Shown: positions 1 to 15,069, numbered from the stretch's first letter. The stretch: 64,000 nucleotides of DNA from Eledone cirrhosa (GCA_964016885.1 OZ024740.1:38316001-38380000); one strand, 5' to 3'. A program made the numbers and translations. The notes: generated from the sequence alone by a model not told the origin.

Positions 1-3000
1 TTTACATTAATCCTAGCTCATCTTATACATTACACTACAGATCAGGTACAAACAGTTGACTAACTAGGTTGTGTTTACATTAATCCTAGCTCATCTTATA
101 CATTATACTACAGATCAGGTACAAATAGTTGACTAACTAGGTTGTGTTTACATTAATCCTAGCTCATCTTATACATTACACTTCAGATCAGGTACAAATA
201 GTTGACTAACTAGGTTGTGTTTACATTAATCCTAGCTCATCTTATACATTATACTACAGATCAGGTACAAACAGTTGACTAACTAGGTTGTGTTTACATT
301 AATCCTAGCTCATCTTATACATTACACTACAGATCAGGTACAAACAGTTGACTAACTAGGTTGTGTTTACATTAATCCTAGCTCATCTTATACATTACAC
401 TACAGATCAGGTACAAACAGCTGACTAACTAGGTTGTGTTTACATTAATCCTAGCTCATCTTATACATTACACTACAGATTAGGTACAAACAGTTGACTA
501 ACTAGGTTGTGTTTACATTAATCCTAGCTCATTTTATACATTACACTACAGATCATGTACAAACAGCTGACTATCTAGGTTGTGTTTACATTAATCCTAG
601 CTCATCTTATACATTACACTACAGATCATGTACAAACAGCTGACTATATAGGTTGTGTTTACATTAATGCTAGCTCATCTTATACATTACACTACAGATC
701 AGGTACAAACAGCTGACTAACTAGGTTGTGTTTACATTAATCCTAGCTCATCTTATACATTACACTACAGATCAGGTACAAACAGCTGACTAACTAGGTT
801 GTGTTTACATTAATCCTAGCTCATCTTATACATTACACTACAGATCAGGTACAAACAGCTGACTAACTAGGTTGTGTTTACATTAATCCTAGCTCATCAT
901 ATACATTACACTACAGATCAGGTACAAACAGCTGACTAACTAGGTTGTGTTTACATTAAACCTAGCTCATCTTATACATTACACTACAGATCAGGTACAA
1001 ACAGTTGACTAACTAGGTTGTGTTTACATTAATCCTAGCTCATCTTATACATTACACTACAGATCAGGTACAAACAGCTGACTAACTAGGTTGTGTTTAC
1101 ATTAATCCTAGCTCATCTTATACATTACACTTCAGATCAGGTACAAACAGTTGACTAACTAGGTTGTGTTTACATTAATCCTAGCTCATCTTATACATTA
1201 CACTACAGATCAGGTACAAACAGCTGACTGACTAGGTTATTTTTACATTAATCCTAGCTTATCTTATACATTACACTTCAGATCAGGTACAAACAGTTGA
1301 CTAACTAGGTTGTGTTTACGTTAATCCTAGCTCATCTTATACATTACACTACAGATCAGGTACAAACAGCTGACTGACTAGGTTATTTTTACATTAATCC
1401 TAGCTCATCTTATACATTACACTTCAGATCAGGTACAAACAGTTGACTAACTAGGTTGTGTTTACATTAATCCTAGCTCATCTTATACATTACACTACAG
1501 ATCAGGTACAAACAGCTGACTAACTAGATTGTGTTTACATTAAGCCTAGCTCATCTTATACATTACACTACAATCAGGTACAAACAGCTGACTAACTAGG
1601 TTGTGTTTACATTAATCCTAGCTCATCTTATACATTACACTACAGATCAGGTACAAACAGCTGACTTACTAGGTTATTTTTACATTAATCCTAGCTCATC
1701 TTATACATTACACTTCAGATCAGGTACAAACAGTTGACTAACTAGGTTGTGTTTACATTAATTCTAGCTCATCTTATACATTACACTACAGATCAGGTAC
1801 AAACAGCTGACTAACTAGGTTGTGTTTACATTAATCCTAGCTCATCTTATACATTACACTACAGATCAGGTACAAACAGCTGACTGACTAGGTTATTTTT
1901 ACATTAATCCTAGCTCATCTTATACATTACACTTCAGATCAGGTACAAACAGTTGACTAACTAGGTTGTGTTTACATTAATCCTAGCTCATCTTATACAT
2001 TACACTACAGATCAGGTACAAATAGCTGATTAACTAGGTTCTTTTTACATTAATCCTAGCTCATCTTATACATTACACTACAGATCAGGTATAAACAGTT
2101 GACTAACTAGGTTGTGTTTACATTAATCCTAGCTCATCTTATACATTACACTACAGCTCAGGTACAAACAGCTGACTAACTAGGTTATTTTTACATTAAT
2201 CCTAGCTCATCTTATACATTACACTACAGATCAGATACAAACAGCTGACTAACTAGGTTGTGTTTACATTAATCCTAGCTCATCTTATACATTACACTTC
2301 AGATCAGGTACAAATAGTTGACTAACTAGGTTGTGTTTACATTAATCCTAGCTCACCTTATACATTACACTACAGATCAGGTACAAACAGCTGACTAACT
2401 AGGTTGTGTTTACATTAATCCTAGCTCATCTTATACATTACACTACAGATCAGGTACAAACAGTTGACTAACTAGGTTGTGTTTACATTAATCCTTGCTC
2501 ATCTTATACATTACATTACAGATCAGGTACAAACAGCTGACTAACTAGGTTGTTTTTACATTAATCCTAGCTCATCTTATACATTACACTACAGATCAGG
2601 TACAAATAGTTGACTAACTAGGTTGTGTTTACATTAATCCTAGCTCATCTTATACATTACACTACAGATCAGGTACAAATAGTTGACTAACTAGGTTGTG
2701 TTTACATTAATCCTAGCTCATCTTATACATTACACTACAGATCAGGTACAAACAGTTGACTAACTAGGTTGTGTTTACATTAAACCTAGCTCATCTTATA
2801 CATTACACTACAGATCAGGTACAAACAGTTGACTAACTAGGTTGTGTTTACATTAATCCTAGCTCATCTTATACATTACACTACAGATCAGGTACAAACA
2901 GCTGACTAACTAGGTTGTGTTTACATTAATCCTAGCTCATCTTATACATTACACTACAGATCAGGTACAAACAGTTGACTAACTAGGTTGTGTTTACATT

Positions 3001-6000
3001 AATCCTAGCTCATCTTATACATTACACTACAGATCAGGTACAAACAGCTGACTGACTAGGTTATTTTTACATTAATCCTAGCTCATCTTATACATTACAC
3101 TTCAGATCAGGTACAAACAGTTGACTAACTAGGTTGTGTTTACATTAATCCTAGCTCATCTTATACATTACACTACAGATCAGGTACAAACAGCTGACTG
3201 ACTAGGTTATTTTTACATTAATCCTAGCTCATCTTATACATTACACTTCAGATCAGGTACAAACAGTTGACTAACTAGGTTGTGTTTACATTAATCCTAG
3301 CTCATCTTATACATTACACTACAGATCAGGTACAAACAGCTGACTAACTAGATTGTGTTTACATTAAGCCTAGCTCATCTTATACATTACACTACAGATC
3401 AGGTACAAACAGCTGACTAACTAGGTTGTGTTTACATTAATCCTAGCTCATCTTATACATTACACTACAGATCAGGTACAAACAGCTGACTTACTAGGTT
3501 ATTTTTACATTAATCCTAGCTCATCTTATACATTACACTTCAGATCAGGTACAAACAGTTGACTAACTAGGTTGTGTTTACATTAATTCTAGCTCATCTT
3601 ATACATTACAATACAGATCAGGTACAAACACCTGACTAACTAGGTTGTGTTTACATTAATCCTAGCTCATCTTATACAATACACTACAGATCAGGTACAA
3701 ATAGCTGACTAACTAGGTTGTGTTTACATTAATCCTAGCTCATCTTATACATTACACTACAGATCAGGTACAAACAGCTGACTGACTAGGTTATTTTTAC
3801 ATTAATCCTAGCTCATCTTATACATTACACTTCAGATCAGGTACAAACAGTTGACTAACTAGGTTGTGTTTACATTAATCCTAGCTCATCTTATACATTA
3901 CACTACAGATCAGGTACAAATAGCTGATTAACTAGGTTCTTTTTACATTAATCCTAGCTCATCTTATACATTACACTACAGATCAGGTACAAACAGTTGA
4001 CTAACTAGGTTGTGTTTACATTAATCCTAGCTCATCTTATACATTACACTACAGATCAGGTACAAACAGCTGACTAACTAGGTTATTTTTACATTAATCC
4101 TAGCTCATCTTATACATTACACTACAGATCAGATACAAACAGCTGACTAACTAGGTTGTGTTTACATTAATCCTAGCTCATCTTATACATTACACTTCAG
4201 ATCAGGTACAAATAGTTGACTAACTAGGTTGTGTTTACATTAATCCTAGCTCATCTTATACATTACACTACAGATCAGGTACAAACAGCTGACTAACTAG
4301 GTTGTGTTTACATTAATCCTAGCTCATCTTATACATTACACTACAGATCAGGTACAAACAGTTGACTAACTAGGTTGTGTTTACATTAATCCTTGCTCAT
4401 CTTATACATTACATTACAGATCAGGTACAAACAGCTGACTAACTAGGTTGTTTTTACATTAATCCTAGCTCATCTTATACATTAGACTACAGATCAGGTA
4501 CAAATAGTTGACTAACTAGGTTGTGTTTACATTAATCCTAGCTCATCTTATACATTACACTTCAGATCAGGTACAAATAGTTGACTAACTAGGTTGTGTT
4601 TACATTAATCCTAGCTCATCTTATACATTACACTACAGATCAGGTACAAACAGCTGACTAACTAGGTTGTGTTTACATTAATCCTAGCTCATCTTATACA
4701 TTACACTACAGATCAGGTACAAACAGTTGACTAACTAGGTTGTGTTTACATTAATCCTTGCTCATCTTATACATTACATTACAGATCAGGTACAAACAGC
4801 TGACTAACTAGGTTGTTTTTACATTAATCCTAGCTCATCTTATACATTACACTACAGATCAGGTACAAATAGTTGACTAACTAGGTTGTGTTTACATTAA
4901 TCCTAGCTCATCTTATACATTACACTACAGATCAGGTACAAACAGTTGACTAACTAGGTTGTGTTTACATTAAACCTAGCTCATCTTATACATTACACTA
5001 CAGATCAGGTACAAACAGTTGACTAACTAGGTTGTGTTTACATTAATCCTAGCTCATCTTATACATTACACTACAGATCAGGTACAAACAGCTGACTAAC
5101 TAGGTTGTGTTTACATTAATCCTAGCTCATCTTATACATTACACTACAGATCAGGTACAAACAGTTGACTAACTAGGTTGTGTTTACATTAATCCTAGCT
5201 CATCTTATACATTACACTACAGATCAGGTACAAACAGCTGACTGACTAGGTTATTTTTACATTAATCCTAGCTCATCTTATACATTACACTTCAGATCAG
5301 GTACAAACAGTTGACTAACTAGGTTGTGTTTACATTAATCCTAGCTCATCTTATACATTACACTACAGATCAGGTACAAACAGCTGACTGACTAGGTTAT
5401 TTTTACATTAATCCTAGCTCATCTTATACATTACACTTCAGATCAGGTACAAACAGTTGACTAACTAGGTTGTGTTTACATTAATCCTAGCTCATCTTAT
5501 ACATTACACTACAGATCAGGTACAAACAGCTGACTGACTAGGTTATTTTTACATTAATCCTAGCTCATCTTATACATTACACTTCAGATCAGGTACAAAC
5601 AGTTGACTAACTAGGTTGTGTTTACATTAATCCTAGCTCATCTTATACATTACACTACAGATCAGGTACAAACAGCTGACTGACTAGGTTATTTTTACAT
5701 TAATCCTAGCTCATCTTATACATTACACTTCAGATCAGGTACAAACAGTTGACTAATTAGGTTGTGTTTACATTAATCCTAGCTCATCTTATACATTACA
5801 CTACAGATCAGGTACAAACAGCTGACTAACTAGGTTGTGTTTACATTAATTCTAGCTCATCTTATACATTACACTACAGATCAGGTACAAACAGTTGACT
5901 AACTAGGTTGTGTTTACATTAATCCTAGCTCATCTTATACATTACACTACAGATCAGGTACAAACAGCTGACTAACTAGGTTATTTTTACATTAATCCTA

Positions 6001-6748
6001 GCTCATCTTATACATTACACTACAGATCAGATACAAACAGCTGACTAACTAGGTTGTGTTTACATTAATCCTAGCTCATCTTATACATTACACTTCAGAT
6101 CAGGTACAAACAGTTGACTAACTAGGTTGTGTTTACATTAATCCTAGCTCATCTTATACATTACACTACAGATCAGGTACAAACAGCTGACTAACTAGGT
6201 TGTGTTTACATTAATCCTAGCTCATCTTTTACATTACACTACAGATCAGGTACAAACAGTTGACTAACTAGGTTGTGTTTACATTAATCCCTGCTCATCT
6301 TATACATTACATTACAGATCAGGTACAAACAGCTGACTGACTAGGTTGTTTTTACATTAATCCTAGCTCATCTTATACATTACACTACAGATCAGGTACA
6401 AATAGTTGACTAACTAGGTTGTGTTTACATTAATCCTAGCTCATCTTATACATTACACTACAGATCAGGTACAAATAGTTGACTAACTAGGTTGTGTTTA
6501 CATTAATCCTAGCTCATCTTATACATTACACTACAGATCAGGTACAAACAGTTGACTAACTAGGTTGTGTTTACATTAAACCTAGCTCATCTTATACATT
6601 ACACTACAGATCAGGTACAAATAGTTGACTAACTAGGTTGTGTTTACATTAATCCTAGCTCATCTTATACATTACACTATAGATCAGATACAAACAGTTG
6701 ACTAACTAGGTTGTGTTTACATTAATCCTAGCTCATCTTATACATTAT
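1..6748. repeat. 73-bp tandem satellite (~92 copies, runs off window start)
   Basis: Unit tttacattaatcctagctcatcttatacattacactacagatcaggtacaaacagttgactaactaggttgtg recurs at 1, 74, ... 731 (10x73). It decays at ~6750. Confidence 0.98.
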
Positions 6749-7108
6749 ATAACTGATAAGGTACATGACACACCTTCATAGTTTATTGACACTACTTTTA
6801 TTTATTTATTATATCTCTGCATGGAAGCAATCTGGATGAGTTACCCTAAATTCTTTTCATATTTTCATAGTTTAATAAAACAACAGAATGGATGTTAAAT
6901 TCCACTCTTTGTTCTTTAATATGTTTCCTTCATCAATTGGTATTTTTCACAAAATATAAGGAAATAGTAAACATTTCCAAGCCAGTATTTCGATTTTCTT
7001 TCTTTCTTTTTCTGTTATCATCACCTCAATATTTACAGCTCCCTAAATCTAATTCTTTTTTTTATATTTCACAAGTCATTTATTTATATATACTAGCATT
7101 TATATATA

Positions 7109-7595
7109 CTAGCCGAATTACCCGCTCCTGGCTGCGTTTCCCACATTTTTTTTGTAAGAAAATGATGATTGATTTTAAATCAGTGATATAATTTATGGAG
7201 AAAAATTCTGCATTTCAATATTACTCAATGTAAAATGTAATGCATGAAAAATTAGAAAACATTATTTTTTGTAATATGTCAAATCAAAATGACATTATTA
7301 AATCTTATTCTTATTTTGTTTCTTGTAAATAATTTTTTTTAAAATATCAGTTCAAATCTTTTGTGAATAGGCATCATATCTTGTCATTTACCTATGGTTT
7401 AAATTTCATATAAAAAATCTTCAGCGGGGGTTTTGAGCCCCCAGGAACCCTTTGATTAAAATGAAATATACTTATCCAAGTACCCTGGGCAATGTAGTTT
7501 CAGAATATATATGGTTGTGGGGGGTCTATCTCTAAAACCATAGGAGGAGTTCGTGAACAAACAAACAGACAGGAATACAACTTTATATATAAAGA
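7109..7595 (-). mobile_element. Non-autonomous Helitron-like element
   Basis: The minus strand starts A|TCTTTATATATAAAG followed by ctgtctgtttgtttg, and ends ...gcgggtaattcggCTAG|T. Same terminal architecture as the other Helitrons in the window. Confidence 0.6.
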
Positions 7596-7599
7596 TATA

Positions 7600-7875
7600 T
7601 TAGCTTATTATATATATATTAGCTTATTAGTACATTAGTAGCCTTAAAGATTTGATTGGCTATTACCTTATTAGTAACCTTAAAGACTGTATTGAGCATC
7701 AGCTTATTAGTACATTAGTATCCTTAAAGACTTCATTGAGCACCAGCTTATTAGTACATTAGTTCCTTAAAGATTTCAATGGCTATCAGCTTATTAGTAC
7801 ATTAGGAGCCTTAAAGACTTCATTGAGTATCAGCTTATTAGTACATTCATTGTGTTAAAGACATCATTGACTATC
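7600..7875. repeat. Degenerate ~43-bp minisatellite (~6 copies)
   Basis: Repeated cagcttattagtacattagtagccttaaagacttcattgag. Confidence 0.85.
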
Positions 7876-7934
7876 ATCCTGTCATTTAATTTGTTAGTAG
7901 ATTGAAGTATACTGAATCTTATTCTACCTTCCAC

Positions 7935-8107
7935 AGTATCGGTAGAGGGTCGGACATGCTTTCCAGCATAGTTACAACCCTTTACGATCTGACTTCAAAT
8001 CCCGCCGAGGTTAACTTTGCCTTTCATCCATACGGGTTGATAAAATAAAGTACCAGTAATGTACTGAGTAATTGCTGGCCTTGTGCCCAAAGTAGAAACA
8101 ATTATTT
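7935..8107 (+). mobile_element. tRNA-derived SINE, Meta/MESC-like central domain (family A)
   Basis: B-box-like ttcaaatcccgcc, then ttaactttgcctttcatcc...gataaaataaagtaccag, then tail gctggccttgtgcccaaagtagaaacaattatt. About a dozen related copies occur in the window. Confidence 0.8.
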
Positions 8108-9004
8108 CTTTTCCTATTGAGTATCACAATTTTTGGTTATGTCCCTTTGTTAAGCTCTTCATTTCATGGTTTCTAACATTTTCTCGTTTGCAAAATTATT
8201 TTATAAGAAAAAAACAGGCCTTTTTCTTATATGACAAAGAAAATGGTCTTATTTTCGCCATTGCCCAAGGAAAAAGTGTATTTTTGGTGTTAATGTATCT
8301 GATTCTTGAAGACACGAAGATCATATATTGCAGAATAGAGAAGGAAGAACATTCTATAAAGTATAAATATAATATATTTGAGACATAACAGTCCTGTGAC
8401 AGACACCACAGTTGTTAGGATTAGAATATGAGATATGACAGTTGTTTGACAGAAATAAAGTTGGTGGGATTAGAATGTGAGGTATGACAGATGATAATTA
8501 ATTTTTTTAGTGTAGTTCTCATGAAAACCTTTGGAATTAAGTATTTTTATTTTGATTGTAGTCAAAAAGAAGAGAGTTTTGATAATAATTCAGTACATCA
8601 CATTTTAACACATATATAACTTGTGGTGGTCAAAATTCTGTAAAAACATACATGCATTTATATATGACTCTGTTACAACATACATGCATCTATATATAAC
8701 TCATATACATATATAACAGCTGACAATGAAAATAGAAATCCAACACTAGACAGATCCTAATATGGTCCTGTTGCCAAACTCAGTCTGCATATCCCAGTTT
8801 GCCAAATAAATAGCTATACACACATATATATATATATATACAAATTGCAAAATACCTCAACCCTTTTGTGACCCTATTTCTAAGAAGAATACATTCTAGG
8901 CTTCAAATAAATCAAGAATTACGAGAGTTATTGGTAAAATAATAGCTTTCAGTGTAATACATGACAAATAAATATTTACCAATTAAAATTTAATATCTTT
9001 TATT

Positions 9005-9225
9005 TAATAATTGTTTCTACTTTTGGCACAAGAGTAGTAATTCAAAGGAAAGGGGAAAGTCAATTAAATCGAACCTAGTACGTTACTGGTATTATGTTTT
9101 ATTGACCCCAAAAGTATGAAAGGCAAAGCTAACCTTGGCAGGATATGAACTCAAAACATAAAGGGCTCTTTATGGACTCTATGCAACAAAGCATCTTGGC
9201 CAACATCTACTGATTCTACTGCCTA
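9005..9225 (-). mobile_element. SINE family A (long form)
   Basis: Reverse complement of the family A consensus, with an extra gtcaattaaatcga segment. Confidence 0.75.
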
Positions 9226-10614
9226 ATGAGATTTCATTCCAATGATGTTTTTTTATTCATAATTTGAACACTTTAATAGAAACAATTTCAGGTAAACTTG
9301 TGTTAAAAGGGTGGAATTTAGATAGTTTCAGGGCAGCTGGTGTTAAAAGGAGTGGAATTTAAACTGTTTCAGGTCAGTTAGTGTTAAAAGGGGTGGAATT
9401 TAAACAGTTTCAGGAATATTATGTTATGGTGATGTTAAATATAAAATGCTGGAGAAATGAAAAATGTCCTCAGAAAACTACTTTTGATCAAATATGAAGG
9501 TGGTGACATTGATACAACTGTGTTTGTAAAACCAAATTAACAATAGATCTTCAGGTGAGAACTACATATTTAGTCAGGGGAAATGAATTTGGTAAGAGTA
9601 ATTATATAGAAATGCATATACAGTTTAAGAATGAAACAAGCATCTAAAAAGGATAAAAGTTAAAAGTAGTTAAAAATACAAAGCAAATTTTAAGATATAA
9701 GGAAAAAACATGCTATTTGTTTTATAATATCAAGCTTTTATTAAAAATTACACCTACTACCTAATATATATTACTAAGTGTTAGCTTTGTGAGAAGTACT
9801 AAACCTGACAGATGATAATAACTTTAAATCATAATCTAGTAGGATGTGGGAACTAATAATTATTGGAATCTGAAGAAAACAGGAATTTCAAGATTTTACA
9901 TAGAACTGAAATAGTTGTTGTGGAGAATGAATAATCGAAAACATTATAAGACTTTAATATCCAGAGAGATTGGATCAAAGAGTGAAGAATGTTTAACTGA
10001 GAATCAGTGCCGGATTTATCATTGTGCTTACATGTGCTTAAGCACATCTTCCTGCCAAAAAAATATTTACCTCCTTCAGGCCCAAACTGATATTTAATTT
10101 AGACACAAGTACAGTCAATTTGTTCTCATTTCCTCTCTCTCTCACTCTCTATCCTTCTCAGAATGAAATCTACTATATTCAGACCTGGAGAGGAGATAGG
10201 CTCTGCTAGGTTTAAATAACGCCCTAGAAACACTGTATGTCAATACGGCACCCCAACGACTCTCTTACAGGGCCATGTCATACCATGCCATAATGAATCT
10301 TATACTATTTTCTTGTCTTCACCATATGTTTATAAAGAACCTGATAAATATTTGTCCAGGTCCAGTAATGAAGTCTCACAGAATTCATCTCAGTTAAGTC
10401 AGAGTCACACAAGTTTCTTTACCTCAAGAGATGTTATTGAACTGAATAATGCCCCCCCCCCCCACACACACACACTCTAGAGCAAACTATTAGTTGTATT
10501 AAATAGTACTGACTACATGGTTATCAAGGTAAGGAGACATAACACAGCAAGTATGGAAAAACATGCAGTATTTACAACATAAAAATATAGTGTAAACAAC
10601 AACAACAATGTTAT

Positions 10615-11857
10615 AGAGTTTCTGATTTAGGCACAAGGCCAACAATTTTGGGGAAAGAAAAAAATCAATTAAATCAACCCCAGTGTGTTCTTTTTCTCCT
10701 TGCTCTTCCTCGACAAGTCCAGGGTCATCCTAGGCCAGCGATCCCAGAAGCATCATTGTGTGTAGAGCCAACCAGGTCTACCAAGTCTACCAGCTCCCTC
10801 CATCACTGGCAGTCCCATGCCAACTCCTCTGCATCCTCCAAGGTGAAGACATTGTCCCTGATGATATCCAGCCATCTGGTGCAGGGCCTGATGCATGGCC
10901 TTTTCCAGTCTGCAGCCACTCTGTTAGGATGATCTGGTGGAAAGCAAAGGACATGTTCATACCAGTGCATGCAGAAGATAGCAATGAGGTGGGAAGCTAT
11001 GGGTTGATGTGTGCACACATGTAACACTTTGTTGGAAATGTGGTGGTGTCATTTGATGTTTTTGATGGTCCTCAGGGCTCTGCTATCGAAGCTGTTGATC
11101 TTCTTTGCCAGGGTCTTTGTGAGGGGCCATGTTTCTGCCTCATAAAGGAGAATGGAGAGGACCAATGTGTTGTAAATATGGAGCTTTGTCTTTCAGGAGA
11201 CAGAGCAGTGGCGCCAAAGGGGCTTCCATAGGGAGGGCATGACCCAGGAAGCCAGACTACATTTGTGGTTGATCTCCGGGGTCAGGTCTCCACTGTAGGT
11301 GATAGTTGAGCCCAGGTAAATGAAGGAGCTGACAAACTCCATGGCGTCGTGGCCAATATGAAGTGGAAGAGGATCTGGGCCATTGCCGACATGCATCAGC
11401 TTTGTCTTCGCCCAGCTTACCCGAAGGCCAAGCTTTGCTGATTCCTCATGGTATATGGTCAGTGCATCTCTGAGCTGATTGATCAAGTTGCTGAATAGGG
11501 TAATTAGTTAGGGGTAATGCCGCTGTCTCCTGGCACTTGCCTCTTTCCACCCAGAACTTCTCTCGGTCATCCTTATTGCATATCTGATTGAGCCGGCAGT
11601 ACTCATTCATGTAGCTGTGCAGGCAAGCCTTGCAGTGACAGTTAATTATCTCCAGCATCTGCAGTGAAATCCAGAACCATTCAGGAAGAGTTCTTGAGTT
11701 TACCAGTGTGTTACTGGTGCTTTATTTCATGGACCCCATAAGGATGAAAGGCAAAGTTAACCTCGGCAGGATTTGAACTCAGATCATAAAGGGACGTAAC
11801 TCTATGCTACAAAGCATGGCGTCCAACTCTCTGCCGATACTGCCAATCCAACGCCCT
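10615..11857 (-). mobile_element. SINE family A split by an RTE LINE insertion
   Basis: SINE tail half at 10615-10689 and head half at 11703-11857. A 10-bp duplication ccagtgtgtt lies at 10680-10689 and 11703-11712. Confidence 0.8.
10690..11702 (-). mobile_element. RTE-clade LINE, 5'-truncated and internally deleted
   Basis: Minus-strand peptides GLRVSWAKTKLM...FIYLGSTI and WYEHVL...WKRPCIRPCTRWLDII match the RT C-terminal region of RTE LINEs. Purine-rich tail at 10690-10710; TSD present. Confidence 0.85.
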
Positions 11858-12904
11858 TTTAGTGTAATTAATAACAACAATATAATGTCTTAGTGTAAAT
11901 AATAACAACAATTTTATAGTGTATACAACAACAACAACATAATGCCATGGTGTAAACAACAACAATAACAATAATAATATAAAATGGAAAAAATATAAGA
12001 TATGTAAGAATGAAAAGCTACAATATGAAGGCAAGAGTGATGAATAATAATGTGAATAAAGAGAGAAACTGCTACTGAATATAAGGCAAAAGTTTTATAA
12101 GGTCTGAATATATAAAAAGAGGAATATAAATGATTTAGGAAAGTTGAAAGAATAAGGAAGAGTTACCGATCCAGATTACCATCAATAAGGGAAACAGAAA
12201 ATATGTCCATGGGAGAAATAATGTAGGTTATCCATGGGAGAAAGAATATTTAATGATATCCTGCAAAAGACATAAGTAAATATTACTCCACCTAATAACT
12301 TATTATAATGTGAAGCTTCACTTGCTACAAATATATTCAGGGTTGAAGTAAAAACAAACACAAAAATAATAGAAGAACCAAAGTAGAAAAGAAGACTGGA
12401 AGAACAAGTAAAAGCTTTTAAAGAAGAGCCAAGTCATGTTTCTTAATTTCTGAAAAAGTATCAAAGCCAACACACATATCAGATATCACTAGATATTACT
12501 GAAAAGATAGATATCAAATTAAGACAAGACTTATGAGATATCACAAGATATTAAGTACATGGAAAATATCAAATTAAGATAGAAATATTAACAAGACTTA
12601 AGTGATGTCACCAGATATTATAAGGAAGATATCAAATTAAGACAAAAGTATCAAAAACAAGACATCATCACAATATATTACAATTAAGATAAGAAGTATC
12701 AAAAACAAGACTTATGAGATATCACCAGACATTACATGGAAAGTATCAAATTAAAACAAAAGAAAACAAAGGACAAAGGTACCATTTCATCATATGTTAT
12801 GAAGAAATTAACTTTTAATCTTCATCATTGACCTCAAATGTTGCTCCAAGAATGAGAAGATGCTGCATACTTGAAAGTAGAATTTTCAACTAAGATATTG
12901 CTAT

Positions 12905-14485
12905 ATTGATTATATACGGAGGACAGAAGATCTTAAACATTAAACTAAGATCCATATATGGACAATATATGGAGGCCAGATCTTATATATAAAACTTAGA
13001 TCCATATATAGAGAATATATGGAGGTCAGAAGAACTTATACACTAAACTAAGATCAAATCATGGACATTATATCAAGGCCAGAAGATCTTATAAACTAAC
13101 CTAAGATCAAGCTATTGGTAATATATGGAGGACAGATGATCTTACACAATAAACTAAGCTCAAATCAAGAACAATATAAGGAGGCTAGATCATATACACT
13201 AAACTAAGATCAAGTCGTGGGTATTATATGGAGGCCAGAAGATCATATACACTAAACTAAGATCAAGTCATGGGTAATATATGGAGGCCAGAAGATCATA
13301 TACACTAAACTAAGATCAATTCATGGGTGATATATTGAGGATAGAAGATCATATACACTAAAATAAGATCAAATCATGGGTATTATATGGAGGCTAGAAG
13401 ATCATATACACTAAACTAAGATCAACTCATGGAGGCCAGATCTTATACACTAAACTAAGATCAAGTCATGGGTAATATATGGAGGCTAGAAGATTATATA
13501 TACTAAAATAAGATCAAATTATGGGTAATATATGGGGGCTAGAAGATCATATAGACTAAAATAAGATCAAATCATGGGTAATATATGGAGGCCAGAAGAT
13601 CATATATACTAAACTAAGATCAAGTCTTGGGTGATATATGGAGGCCAGAAGATCATATATACTAAAATAAGATCAAGTCTTGGGTAATATATGGAGGCCA
13701 GAAGATCATATATACTAAAATAAGATCAAATTATGAGTAATATATGGAGGCTAGAAGATCTTATATACTAAAATAAGATCAAGTCATGGGTAATATATGG
13801 AGGCTAGAAGATCATATATACTAAACTAAGATCAAGTCTTGGGTGATATATGGAGGCCAGAAGATCATATATACTAAAATAAGATCAAGTCTTGGGTAAT
13901 ATATGGAGGCCAGAAGATCATATATACTAAAATAAGATCAAATTATGAGTAATATATGGAGGCTAGAAGATCTTATATACTAAAATAAGATCAAGTCATG
14001 GGTGATATATGGAGGCTAGAAGATCATATATACTAAAATAAGATCAAATTATGGGTAATATATGGAGGCCAGAAGATCATATATACTAAAATAAGATCAA
14101 ATCATGGGTAATATATGGAGGCCAGAAGATCATATATACTAAACTAAGATCAAGTCTTGGGTGATATATGGAGGCCAGAAGATCATATATACTAAAATAA
14201 AATCAAGTCATAGGTAATATATGGAGGCTAGTAGATCATATATACTAAACTAAGATCAAGTCTTGGGTGATATATGGAGGCCAGAAGATCATATATACTA
14301 AAATAAGATCAAATTATGGGTAATATATGGAGGCCAGAAGATCATATATACTAAAATAAGATCAAGTCTTGGGTAATATATGGAGGCTAGTAGATCATAT
14401 ATACTAAAATAAGATCAAGTCTTGGGTAATATATGGAGGCCAGAAGATCATATATACTAAACTAAGATCAAATCATGGGTATTAT
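12905..14485. repeat. 53-bp tandem minisatellite (~30 copies)
   Basis: Unit aaactaagatcaagtcatgggtaatatatggaggccagaagatcatatatact. Degenerate on the left, homogeneous on the right. Confidence 0.97.
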
Positions 14486-15069
14486 CAATGTTGAGATATT
14501 CTGCAGTTTTTTTAAATAGGTTAAAGAAGGAACTTAGTGAAATGAGTTATATTCATGATGCAGTGTTGCTGTACTGCATGTATCCCCCACATACAGAGGG
14601 CTACTTGATATAACAGATACTGTCATTATCACATATATACACACATATATATATATATATATATATCATCATTATCACCACCATCAACACCCTTTTATGT
14701 CTATTTTCCATGCTTTCATGGGTTAGAGAGGTTACCACATGCTGATGAATATCCATGTCAACCACTTAACCATGTATACTGGAAACATTTTATCATGGTA
14801 CCGGCACCAACACATTACAACACTAGGGTACTTATTGTTTCCTTTGCCAAGCTGGGGAGGCATTGATGGGTGTAGGGTGGGTGTGCAGGTTACATACTGC
14901 TTACTGGAAGAGGGGTGGGGGTAATCCCACTATAACAGAAGAAGTCTTGAGTTATGGAGGTGGCTTTGAAATTTCTAAGTTTAATAAAGAGGAATTTATA
15001 TATGCAACAAGTTCAATGGAGAATACCTAGAAACAGAAAAAAAGGGAGAGGGTAGTAAAATGGAAAGAA

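Noticed and set aside
9870-10040. 60-aa ORF at 9915-10097
   Set aside because: The LTENQCRI segment resembles a decayed LINE RT (ENQCGF) motif; too degraded to call.
10071-10184. Minus-strand exon-like segment (ctccag|...gag|gtaaat)
   Set aside because: Stops in all three frames and no homology cue.
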